64,000 nt of DNA from Eledone cirrhosa. Taxonomy: Eukaryota. Position numbers and translations under genes: made by a program. The notes beneath the pieces were generated by a model, which did no database searches, was not told the DNA's origin, and worked only from the letters and a program-made list of their open reading frames with translations. The first letter of the stretch is position 1. Each line of letters starts with the position of its first letter. Of the stretch, positions 1 to 10,457 are shown piece after piece. Location: positions 129,828,001 to 129,892,000 of the forward strand of contig OZ024742.1 in the NCBI GenBank assembly GCA_964016885.1, read 5' to 3'.

Positions 1-760
1 GAGCGGTTCTATAAGTTGCAACCCTTAAGAGCTAGGACTTCCCTAGAAGACAACTGGTAAGGTTTCAGCAATTGCAGTCTAATACATTTGGTGGTGCCTG
101 TCTAGGGCTATGCTTTTCTTTTCAATTGTAGCCTGCAATGTTGCAACCTATACTATCTAGGCAAAAATGGCTGACCTCAACGTTATGGGAGTCCCAGAGT
201 TTATGGTATTTTGAGATTGTTTGGGAAATATCATCTCATTAATTAGAAACTTCCTGTTCCTAAGCTGCCGATGATGTGGGTGATACTTTCCACACTTCTG
301 GTACAATCAATATTTTCTATTAGAAAATGGAGGTTTGGAAAGAAATCCTTCTCTCTCTTATTGACCAGGGATGGGATATATCTATCACAGGTCCAGGAAA
401 GGCTGCTCTTTTTGTCAATGCTGTTGGTATCCTCTAATATGAAGGATATCTACCCATTACATTTGGCTGGTACAATTCATGTTTAAGTGTATTTGTTCAA
501 CTACTCTTGAGGCACATGGCACAATTGTACACTCAGTGTATCAGTTCAGTTTTTCATCTATTCTCAAGATGTTATTGTTTCAGTATTGAGTAACTAACTA
601 TGCTGTGTATGGTCCTGTAACTCCTGAGGGAGTCGTAGGGAGGCCATATTGACATAGTGATTCTAGGGCATTTTTTAAAACCTACTAGAGCCCATCTCCT
701 CTCCAGGCATGAATACAGCAGATTTCTTCCAGAGAATGATAGAAAGAGAGAGAGAGGAAG

Positions 761-918
761 AATCGACCCAGTACTAGACTGGTACTTTTTTTTTTATCAA
801 CCTTGAATGAATGAAAGGCAAAGTTAACCTCAGCAGGATTTGAACTCAGAGAGCAGAGAGCCAAAATGAATACCTGAAAGCATTCTATCCAACATTCTAA
901 TGACTGCCAATTCACCAC
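761..918 (-). mobile_element. tRNA-derived SINE, family A (diverged copy)
   Basis: Reverse complement matches the + copies at 53437 and 54612: GGTGAATTGGCAG head, B-box GAGTTCAAATCC, body GAGGTTAACTTTGCCTTTCAT...AAAGTACCAG. Confidence 0.8.
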
Positions 919-1280
919 TTTTGAGTACATTTGTTATGTATTTGATTTTCCACTTTACTGTTCAGCAGGTGTTGTCTGGGTGATTCAATATAATATATTG
1001 AAAGGCTGTTCAGAATGGCATTTTACTTCAGCCACTACTCTTCTATTCCTCATTGATCCTGTCAGTACTGATATGACAGTTACCTATTGGGATTAGTATC
1101 TTACTAGTTTTCATATCCAAGCAACAGGTCTCATCAAGTATTCAAACTAATATTTCAAATATGTGATATAGTTTTATTGAATGCAAACATACTTCCATAC
1201 TTTTCAGTTGAAGTATTTTTGTTCACTGTGGCTTTACTCACAAATAAACTATTATTGGAATTTAAATAATAAAAATATAT

Positions 1281-1636
1281 GGAGGCACATGGCTTAGTGG
1301 TTAGAGCATTGGCCTTGCAATCGAAAGGTTGTGAGTTCAATTCTCAGACCGGGTGATGTGTTGTTTCCTTGAGCAAGACACTTTATTTCACATTGCTCCA
1401 GTTTACTCAGCTGTAGAAATGAGATGATAGGGACTGGGGTCCCTATCATCTCATTTCTACTCATTCCACTGCAAAGTGATCGTGGAGGTACCATGGCAAA
1501 AAAGCACCCAGCACTCACTATAAATGAGGTTGGTGTTAGGAAGGGCATCCATCTGTAGAAATCAAGCCAGAATCAGTTCCTGTCCCACCCTTGCAAGCAG
1601 AGAAAAGCAGACGTAAAATGATGATGATGAAGATGA
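1281..1636 (+). mobile_element. tRNA-derived CORE-like SINE, family B, with RTE-derived tail
   Basis: A-box TGGCTTAGTGG, B-box GAGTTCAATTC, CORE-like CCTTGAGCAAGACACTTTAT, tail shared with the RTE 3'UTR, terminal (GAT)n; near-identical copies at 7267, 29880, 31820 and 43550. Confidence 0.9.
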
Positions 1637-2468
1637 TATGTTGAACTTTAGAAAAGTCTTACATATTTTTACTGTTCCACTTACTAATTGTATTTGTAAA
1701 TTGTGTGCTAGTTTGTAAATTTCTTTGCCTGAAAACCCTACCTTTTCCATATTGCCACTGAAACATTTAACATAAATAAGAGCACCATAGTGAATTTATA
1801 ATCTGAATATAGAAGCTGGAGATTTCAAAGCAATAATTGTCTGTAATTAATCACTTTCTAGCTGATTTTAGATGTTGACACCAGCAAAGTCCTCCATAAC
1901 AGTACATAATCTTTCTTTTTTGGCTCAAACAACTATATCAGGCTTTTTTTGTTTGCACTTAGCAGATGTTTTGATGGGAATGTTCCACCAATATTCCTTG
2001 TGTTGATATGCATGTATGTATTTTATAACATAGTGATTATCTATATTTATTGTAGGCTAGTCACCTCTACCAATGAGATTGTATATTGTTTTAACAATAA
2101 CATCATGCCATGTTGAGAGGTAGAGCTGCTGAGTACATGTGCGTGATGTCTTACACAGAAATGTAACATAACTGATATTTTTATATTTTGGAGCTTTGAA
2201 GGCTTCAATATCTCTATTCTTAAGTTATTTTGTGGTTAAGCTCCCTTCCTGCTCTGGGATGTAATGTAAACTGTAATGTGATATAATGGTCATACATTCA
2301 AGAAAGGCGACATTTGATCTCAATACTAGTGTCATTCTTAAGTTTACAGGAAACATTCAACTATTTTTGGTATGCAGAGTATTTCTCTTCTAGTGTATGC
2401 TGATCTAGCAATTCTGGAGTTATTTAGTGAGTCATCAGGAAGGGAAGACTTCTTGGGTTCACTATTAA

Positions 2469-2987
2469 CCCTTCAACATTTAAACCGGCTGTATCCAGCC
2501 AGAGTTCTCTCACCTCTTTCTGTTCAAACCCATTGTAATCAGTTACTCATACTGACATTAAAGTATTGTTCTCAAAATAAATCATGTCAAAATGTCATAG
2601 ATTCAATATTATGTGAGAACTATGTAAGATAAAGCCTTTACTGTGAAAATATAATAGTATATATAGAGCAAGCATGGGCAACCTTTTTCGAGAAGCGAGC
2701 CACATGAGATATGGCTCATCATCAGGCGGGCCGCAAGCACTAATTTACATTCGTGCCCACATTTTAAAAAAAGGGCAATAACTCAGGTTGTTTTTATTTG
2801 TTTCTTCAGAATTCGTACAGGTTGTTTTCCTCGATAGTAAAAATGATAGAAAGATAAATTACGACTGAAAAGTTGGGGTAAAAAAACCAGAAAGATTTCG
2901 CTTAGGTGACTTAGGCGAGCCATTCAAAAAGCTTTGCAGGCTGCAGGTTGCCCATAACTGATATAGAGCAATGTAAATGCTAAAGGG
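2469..2987. mobile_element. piggyBac-type MITE (TTAA-CCCTT...AAGGG-TTAA) interrupted by a hAT MITE
   Basis: TTAA at 2465-2468 and 2988-2991; CCCTT/AAGGG termini; related copies at 27685, 40040 and 62383. Confidence 0.85.
2669..2960. mobile_element. hAT-type MITE
   Basis: TIRs CAAGCATGGGCAACC / GGTTGCCCATAACTG; 8-bp TSD ATATAGAG at 2661-2668 and 2961-2968. Confidence 0.9.
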
Positions 2988-3331
2988 TTAAACCATAAGA
3001 TATTGTTCTGTTCACTTTTGGCCACTTGGTTGATAACACTGGTCAGCAAAAAAATATTCATTTCATTGTTCTGGTATAATTTAGTATGATTCTAAGGTAA
3101 TCAAGTGTGCAGAATCTGAATATGACAATGGTTAAGCTGTATGGGTCTAGTTTTCGAGGACCAGCATATCCATGTTTATGACCCATAGCTATGTGGCTCA
3201 TATTACTTCATCCAATTGTATTCACTATATTTAGTTAACTAATTTATACTAACTGCTTTTGTTTCATATCACAGAATTGTAACTATCCTCAGCTATTCTT
3301 GGATAATTCCCAACTTTGACTAGTGGGAGAG

Positions 3332-5016
3332 ATGGAACGCCGGAAATGTGTAAATCAGTGCTACTCAAACTATCTGATGTGGCGGACTAGCATTTTTTTT
3401 TTCAATGTGCCACGTACCGCTAATATTTCGTAGTAATATTAATTTATACCGGAAACGATATATATAATGAATATAATAATAGTTGACCATTTTTTTATCT
3501 TCTATTTATTTTGTAAACAAATAATACAATATCAAAACATATAAAAAAGTAATAAAAAAAATTCCTCAAATGATTCCTTAGCATGGCCTGGACACTGGCC
3601 GCGTACCGGTAGTGATGGCTTGCGTACCAGCACCGGTCCGCAGACCACCACTTTGAGTAGCACTGGTGTAAATGACCCGGACCGATTTTGCTATATTTGT
3701 GGACTCTTTACCCCAGAAAGCATAAAGAAACCAATCACAAAAGCAGTTCGAGTAAACTACAAATGCTACTTCAAATGTTCATTAGGAGACCAGGACAAGA
3801 AGTGGGCACCTCATATAGCATGTAGGTCATGTGTTAATCACCTAAGTGAATGGAAGCATGGGAGACGAAGTTCTGGTTTGCCATTTGCTGTACCAATGGT
3901 GTGGCGAGAACCAAAAGACCACAATAATGATTGCTACTTCTGCCATATAACATCCAAGGAATAACTGTGAAGACACGAACAACACTTCAATACCCAGATA
4001 TCTCGTCAGCAATCCGACCAGTACCTCACAGGGACGAATTACCTGTTCCAGTTCCACCTGCTGAACACGAGCTAATCTCTGATTCCAGTAGCACCCCTAT
4101 TGATCATGACTATCAAGACAAACATGAGACAAGTGAACCCATACCATTTAACCAGGAAGCTCTTCACGATCTCATTAGAGACCTACATTTGTCTAAAGAA
4201 AAAGCAGAGCTCCTGGGATCAAGACTGAAGCAACGAAACCTGCTGGAACCTGGCGTCCGCATTACAACCGCTCGTCATCGTCATAAACAATGGTCTACTT
4301 CTAGGTCTTCAGACTGGTTACACAAAGCATATGTGTATTCTATGTTTGTGGAATAGTAGAGCAGATGCGGAGCACTACAAGAAGGATTGGCCAACAAGTC
4401 CAATGGATGCACCCGGTAGATTCAACTGTCTGTACAAACTTCTCATGGATCCAGAAAAAGTATTCTCCCTCCATTACATCTCAAATTAGGCTTGGCCCAA
4501 AACTTTATTAAAAGCATGGATCATACAGGTAATGGGTTTCAGTACTTGTGTAAGAAATTGGGTAGAGTGGTATCTGAAGCAAAGTTAAAAGCAGGGGTTT
4601 TGAATGGTCCTCAGATTTGTATGCTGGTTAATGATAGTGAGTTTACGAAAACACTAAACCCTTTGGAGACTAATGCATGGAAATCATTTGTAGATGTGAC
4701 ACAGAACTTTCTTGGAAACTACCGTACAGACAACTATAAAGAAATTGTTGAAACCATGATACAAAATTATCGCGCTCTGGGTTCACGGATGTCGTTGAAG
4801 CTTCATTTCTTCCATTCTCATCTGGATTTCTTCCCAAGTAATCTAGGAGACATCAGTGATGAACATGGAGAGAGGTTTCACCAGGACATTGCCATAATGG
4901 AGAGTAGGTATCAGGGTTGGTTCAATCCCAACATGATGGGTGACTACTGCTGGACACTGCAACGTGAGGAGAGACAGCAAAACAAGCGTAAAAGCAAAAT
5001 CCAGAAATTTTTTTAG
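3332..5016 (+). pseudogene. Chapaev3 transposase pseudogene (MITE insertion, frameshifts, internal deletion)
   Basis: ATG at 3332 gives MERRKCVN, which continues as DPDRFCYICG once the MITE is removed; ORF pieces 3620-3964, 3931-4356 and 4492-5016. Confidence 0.85.
3356..3665. mobile_element. hAT-type MITE inserted in the Chapaev transposase
   Basis: Perfect TIR CAGTGCTACTCAAA / TTTGAGTAGCACTG; 8-bp TSD GTGTAAAT at 3348-3355 and 3666-3673. Confidence 0.92.
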
Positions 5017-5665
5017 AAATGTTTTGAATTATTTTGTTATGTTCAGAATGTTGTTCAGAAATGTTTTGTTAATATACTAAGTGTTAAAAAAAAAAAAAAA
5101 AATATTTTTATATATTTTTATTAATAAGTTAATATATTTATATCTAAGTCATCATATGTTACACAATGGATAAATAATGCAATACGAGGAACATATTTTC
5201 GATCTCATATTAAGGCATTCTGGTCCGATAGCAAAAAACGAATATCAAAACTGGATTTAGTGCTATGAAATTAGTAAGATGCACATATTCACATGTAAGA
5301 ACCATTTTGGCTGTTGACCAATGTAATAGAGGAAGACTGAGAAAACCCGAGCAGAGGTGGTTAGAGCTGATTTCAAAACACTGACCATCACAGAGAAGAT
5401 GACTACAAGTGGAGTGAGGATGTGCTGGAAAGGACTCATGCAAGCAAGGAAAAGGGGATATAAAAATGATGATAACTATTGTTTAGTACTGTCTGTGTAA
5501 TACCATACAACATTCAAAGGCTGCCAGCAGAGCAGGAATTACTTATAAGCTACAGCTTAGGACTCCACACCCTCAGGGGCCTCATTTTTTAAAATATATT
5601 TTTTTTATTTTATCATTAGTTTTTATTCTTTAACACTAAATCATCAAAAATGATATATATATATA

Positions 5666-6565
5666 TGAGGTGTGTCTGAAAAGTTCCAGGACTGATATCA
5701 CAAAAGATTTATTTCAAACCCAAACTTCACACTAAGAGTTCCAAACTTCACACTAAGTAATCCCCCTGGAGTATGTAACTGTAATCTTAGCTCTCTGCAA
5801 CGATCAAACTTTTTTCTTCATAATTTTATATACATGTCCTCTGTTTCAGGTTGTCAAGGAATGAGCACAGAGCAACGAACAAACTTGAAAACTCCGTCAG
5901 AAGCACTGGGATTGCTGCAGCAAGTGTATGGAGATGAGACAATGTCACGCTCACGTGTTTTTGAGTGGTGCAAGAGGTTTAAAGAAGGACGCGAGGACGT
6001 GGAAGATGACCCCAGGAGCGGAAGCACCTCAACAACCAGGAATGAGGTCAACGTTGAGCACATCAGGCAGATGGTGCGTAGCGATCATCGGCTGACTGTT
6101 CGACTGATGGCAAATGAGCTGGGCATGAATTGGGACAGCCTCTGGAAGATTCTCACTGAAGATTTGGACATGCGGAAAGTTTGCGCGAAAATGGTGCCAA
6201 AACTGCTGAACAATGACCAGAAGAGTCGATGCATGCAAGTGTGCCAGGACATCCTCGAGCATCTTGAAACCGAACCAGACTTGCTAGGGACAGTCATCAC
6301 CGGTGATGAGTCATGGATCTTCGAGTACGACCCGGAGGGGACCCATTTTGAAGACGTGGACGACATCAAAAAGGCCGTGACAACGGAACTGCAGAGGATC
6401 CCGGAAGAATCCTTCCAGGAGTGCATGCAAGCATGGCAGAAAAGGATGGAAAAGTGCATTAGACTCCAGGGGGATTACTTTGAAGGAGAAAACGCTTAGT
6501 GTGAAGTTTGGGTTTGAAATAAATCTTTTGTGACATCAGTCCTGGAACTTTTCTGACCCACCTCG
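5666..6565 (+). mobile_element. mariner DNA transposon, internally deleted, with ~70-bp terminal inverted repeats
   Basis: GAGGTG..GAAAAGTTCCAGGACTGAT.TCACAAAAGATTTATTTCAAACCCAAACTTCACACTAAG inverted at both ends; TA flanks. Confidence 0.92.
5834..6499 (+). pseudogene. mariner transposase with in-frame deletion of most of the catalytic domain (221 aa)
   Basis: HTH region (MSRSRVFEWCKRFKEGREDVEDDPRSG), VPKLL linker and first catalytic TGDESW, joined directly to the C-terminal GTHFEDVDDIK...GDYFEG. Confidence 0.85.
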
Positions 6566-6569
6566 TATA

Positions 6570-6905
6570 TATAATAAACAAGACGGTTTCAATTGTACAT
6601 CCCTATTTAATTCGTTATACGTATTTCAAAGATGTAAAGCAGTTGTATAACAACTGCCCTACGTCTTCTCTTCAGACAAAAATCCAAACGATGTTGTCTG
6701 AAGAGAACACGTAGGGCAGTTGTTATATAACTGCCTTACATCTTTGAAATACATATAACAAAATAGATAGGGATGTACATTTGAAACTGTCTTTCTTGTT
6801 TATTATTATAATAAAACTCCGGATGAACAAAATCCATGGATGCTTTACATGTTAAGAAAAAGTCGGCAGAAGATTGTCAATCAAGCAACTATTTTCAATT
6901 GAATA
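6570..6905. mobile_element. PLE/retrozyme fold-back remnant with hammerhead ribozymes on both strands
   Basis: Imperfect inverted repeat 6570-6679 / 6694-6806 with TA-rich flanks. Confidence 0.75.
6694..6761 (+). ncRNA. Type I hammerhead ribozyme (inverted copy on - strand at 6611-6680)
   Basis: TTGT-CTGAAGA-[long stem II]-GAAA-TACATA-TA/ACAA; the - copy has palindromic stem III ATACGTAT; predicted cleavage after AUA. Confidence 0.75.
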
Positions 6906-6914
6906 AATATATAT

Positions 6915-7247
6915 ACAAACCTAGTCATTAGGCACCTCTTAACCCAATATACACCCCACAACACATACCCTGCCCCATCCTCCCATTTCCGTCCATTGTG
7001 TCGGTGACACAACAAAAAGCACCCAGTCAACACTGTAGAGTGGTCATGTAGGAGACAGGGTAAAAAGGCTCCCAGTCCACACTGTAAAAGTGGTTGGTGT
7101 TAGGAAGAGCATCCAGCCATAGAAAACTTGCCAGAGACAGTTCCGTACGAGCAAGACACGGTCTCCTGACCAATCCTGCATCAAATGGATCAACACCATC
7201 CAACCCATGCTAGCATGGAAGATGGACATTAAACGATGATGATGATG
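6915..7247 (+). mobile_element. RTE LINE 3'UTR fragment ending in (GAT)n
   Basis: Matches the 3'UTR of the RTE copies: GGTTGGTGTTAGGAAG.GCATCCAG...CATGCTAGCATGGAAGATGGACATTAAACGATGATG. Confidence 0.8.
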
Positions 7248-7266
7248 ATATATATATATATATAAT

Positions 7267-7610
7267 GGAGGCACATGGCTTAGTGGTTAGAGCATTGGCT
7301 TTGCAATCGAAAGGTTGTGAGTTCAATTCTCAGACTGGGTGATGTGTTGTTTCCTTGAGCAAGACACTTTATTTCACATTGCTCCAGTTTACTCAGCTGT
7401 AGAAATGAGATGATAGGGACTGGGTTCCCTATCATTCCACTGCAAAGTGGTCGTGGAGGTGCGATGGCAAAAAAGCACCCAGCACTCACTGTAAATGAGG
7501 TTGGTGTTAGGAAGGGCATCCAGCTGTAGAAATCAAGCCAGAATCAGTTCCCGTCCCACCCTTGCAAGCAGGGAAAAGCGGACGTAAAATGATGATGATG
7601 ATGATGATGA

Positions 7611-7613
<3 letters not shown>
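7267..7613 (+). mobile_element. SINE family B
   Basis: Near-identical to 1281-1636; (GAT)n tail; (TA)n on both sides. Confidence 0.92.
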
Positions 7614-7656
<43 letters not shown>

Positions 7657-7700
7657 TATTCTTTATCATTAATATAAAAAATAATAATTATATCTTTTTT

Positions 7701-7928
7701 AGATTTGCAGGGCATTTCTGGAGAAGTAAGCAGGAAGTTATACACAAGTTGCTATTGTGGGAACCAACTCACAGGAGATGTAGTGGATGAAGACCTGCTC
7801 GAACCTTCATCGATCAACTCTCAGATGATACAAACCTCACTAGGTAATAGTTGCCAGGAGCAATGAAAATCATGAATTACAGAGAGACTTTGTCAGGAAT
7901 GTTTGACTATGGTCTCAATGATGATGAT
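7701..7928 (+). mobile_element. 3' fragment of a different RTE/RTEX-like LINE
   Basis: Translates RFAGHFWRSKQEVIHKLLLWEPTH...RPARTFIDQL, typical of an RTE-group C-terminus; (GAT)n end. Confidence 0.6.
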
Positions 7929-9406
7929 ATAATATTGTTAGGTCACTATTTTTGTTCCCAGTTTCTTTGTATGATATATTTTCATCAATATGTCTAGGTA
8001 TTAGTAACATTCATTGTTTAGTGTCACAAACGTTTGTTGTTGGCAAAACAGTTTTTCTATCTTCAAATATAAAATATAGACATTTATTATTATCTAATTC
8101 TAGCCCTGTATCAATTGAAAATGCTATTAACTCTGTTTCTCAACATTATAAACATTTCTAGTGTAGTTCTATAGATCATCTAGAAATTATTTATATACAT
8201 GTACATACAAATCTATGTTTATATGTACATATATGAGTATCTATGTATATATGTATATATGTACAGACGTATATGTGTATGTACAGGATGTTGCATATAC
8301 CAGGCCACATTTAACATTTTATTAATGTGGAAATGTCTTACTTAAGACACATCTGGTACATCAATTTCTGCTTGTGTATACAAATGTGTTATTTGAATAA
8401 GACTATATTATATAAGTTCATATTCAAGTACAGACAACAACCATGTTTTATGTAAACAACACTGTTGCTTGATTGTAAGTCAGTTGAGACAGGTGTTTTT
8501 GTCTTTTACCCAATGTTTTAGGCTTCCTATTCTTATTTTATTAATATTTCCTTTGTGATGCTGTAAATCTCAGAAATCTCCGATAACTGGAACCCGGAGA
8601 ACACATTTCTATTATGACCCTACTAGAAATAGCAGCCAAATATTTCGCAATTCACCATAACATCTTAAAAACTGAAAGGAAACATTCGACCTAGATACTA
8701 TGCCCAGAGAAATAAAAATAGATGGGATGGTCATAAATGGAATGCCTTTAATCAGAAGTTTACTCTATCAGATTATTGGCAAACTATTTTTCATCCTGTG
8801 GCATTCGAGCTGAGTGGGGAAGCTAGGCTGCTGACAACGAGGTTCTTGTCATTGGTGGCGTCCCTCCTTACCAATGTACGAGATGGTGCTCTAATTATTC
8901 CAGTGTCTTAGCCTCGCTATCACTCATGGCAATGCCGTGTGCTGGTTTACCTCAAAAATTATAAGAGGGAAGCTCCGCCTCTTTTGAGGTATATGATTGT
9001 ACGTGTGGCTTTTCCCACTTTTGGGTGATTGTTTTCTCTTTTTATTTTATATAAATTGTATTTGCCTGCATTCTTTTGAAATAAATTTATGCAGACTTAA
9101 AAAAAAATTATAATTACCAAATAAATACCTACCATATTACCTGAGAGTGTGTTCCTTGTTGTGTACATTTATAGGTGGGAGATAAAATCAAAATCTATTT
9201 TTGTTAATGGATTAATAAGAGGATAAACAACTGTGCCCATAGCCCTGTGGTGGGTGAACTTGACATCTTGAGACTAGAAACCGTGTGAATACTTGCAACA
9301 AAAGGGACACCAAAACAGCTAACCAAGGAGCAAGTGGTTGTGTTAAACTTGGTGACAGATTAAGTCTATTACCTTGCTTTATTACAAATGATCTCTATCA
9401 AAAAAC

Positions 9407-9596
9407 AATATTCATTTATTATGGCTAAGAAGTCTTGGTATTTTGGAGTTTCACCTGTACACACACAGGATTCTTTGTGCATGCAGGTGAAACTCCAGAG
9501 TCACGAGACACACTACTTAGCTATAATAAATTAATATTTAAACTCTACTTCAGTATTGACTGCTCTTTTCTCTCGGCCGCCAACTACATATGGATG
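9407..9596 (+). mobile_element. PLE-type fold-back remnant with the 3' half of a hammerhead
   Basis: Imperfect palindrome 9407-9538 containing GAAA-CTC-CA-GAG-TC (9489-9502); followed by (TA)n. Confidence 0.55.
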
Positions 9597-9656
9597 TATA
9601 TATATATATAATATATATATATATATATAATATATATATATATATATAATATATAT

Positions 9657-10312
9657 ATGAAGGACGTAAAATAAGAAAATTTTTAAAAAGATTTAAAAAA
9701 TTAACTTACTTACTAAAATTTTCACTCCAACTAATTAGTTTCTGCAATGGGATAAAGACAGTTACGTAATATAACCGTCGAGAATTCATTGCGTCATCAG
9801 GGAGTCTATTCTCAGCTAAGTCTCCAGGCAATGCGCGGACACTGGGGACTCATATAAAAATAATAATAATTCGGTAGATGGAACAGCTAGCGGGGACTGG
9901 ATTCCATGCACTGAAAAGCTCGCTGTCTCTGTTCAAATGGCAGATTCTAAAGAATCAATCACGTGACACTGAGGCTTGTTGGAAGGAGTGGGATGGTAGG
10001 ATGACAGAAGCCTACTACCACACCAATGAATTAGTAGTGGTTTTGGCAGGTTTGCTCAACAAATAAATAATTTGGAGATAAATATAGAGAATTTAGTATA
10101 TCTACTAATATATGCGTACAGATGTACGCTAATGCCAGCAAATACATAAGTTCTGTCATAGTACCTAGGTGGTTCAATGCAGGAGGATGCAGAACAATAA
10201 TATGAAGGACGTAAAATAAGAAAATTTTTAAAAAGATTTAAAAAATTAACTTACTTACTAAAATTTTCACTCCAACTAATTAGTTTCTGCAATGGGATAA
10301 AGACAGTTACGT

Positions 10313-10318
<6 letters not shown>
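9657..10318 (-). mobile_element. Retrozyme-like/PLE non-coding unit, 545-bp period with ~117-bp terminal direct repeat
   Basis: 9657-9773 is repeated at 10202-10318; flanked by (TA)n; contains a complete HHR. Confidence 0.8.
9724..9805 (-). ncRNA. Type I hammerhead ribozyme
   Basis: ACTCC-CTGATGA-c-GCAATG..CATTGC-a-GAAAC-TAATTA-GTT/GGAGT; palindromic stem III AACTAATTAGTT. Confidence 0.85.
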
Positions 10319-10356
<38 letters not shown>

Positions 10357-10370
10357 TATATAAATATAAT

Positions 10371-10451
<81 letters not shown>

Positions 10452-10457
10452 TATATA

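Larger units (their letters stand above)
3037..5323 (+). mobile_element. Chapaev3 (CMC superfamily) DNA transposon, internally deleted
   Basis: Termini CACTGGTCAGCA / TGTTGACCAATG with a TAA TSD on both sides; transposase motifs FCYICG, GDQDKKWAPH, PMVWREP..H..DCYFC, SLKLHFFHSHLDFFP.NLG.ISDEHGERFHQDI. Confidence 0.85.

Noticed and set aside
1281-1352. tRNA genes at SINE heads
   Set aside because: A and B boxes are present, but they continue into repeated SINE bodies and lack a complete cloverleaf
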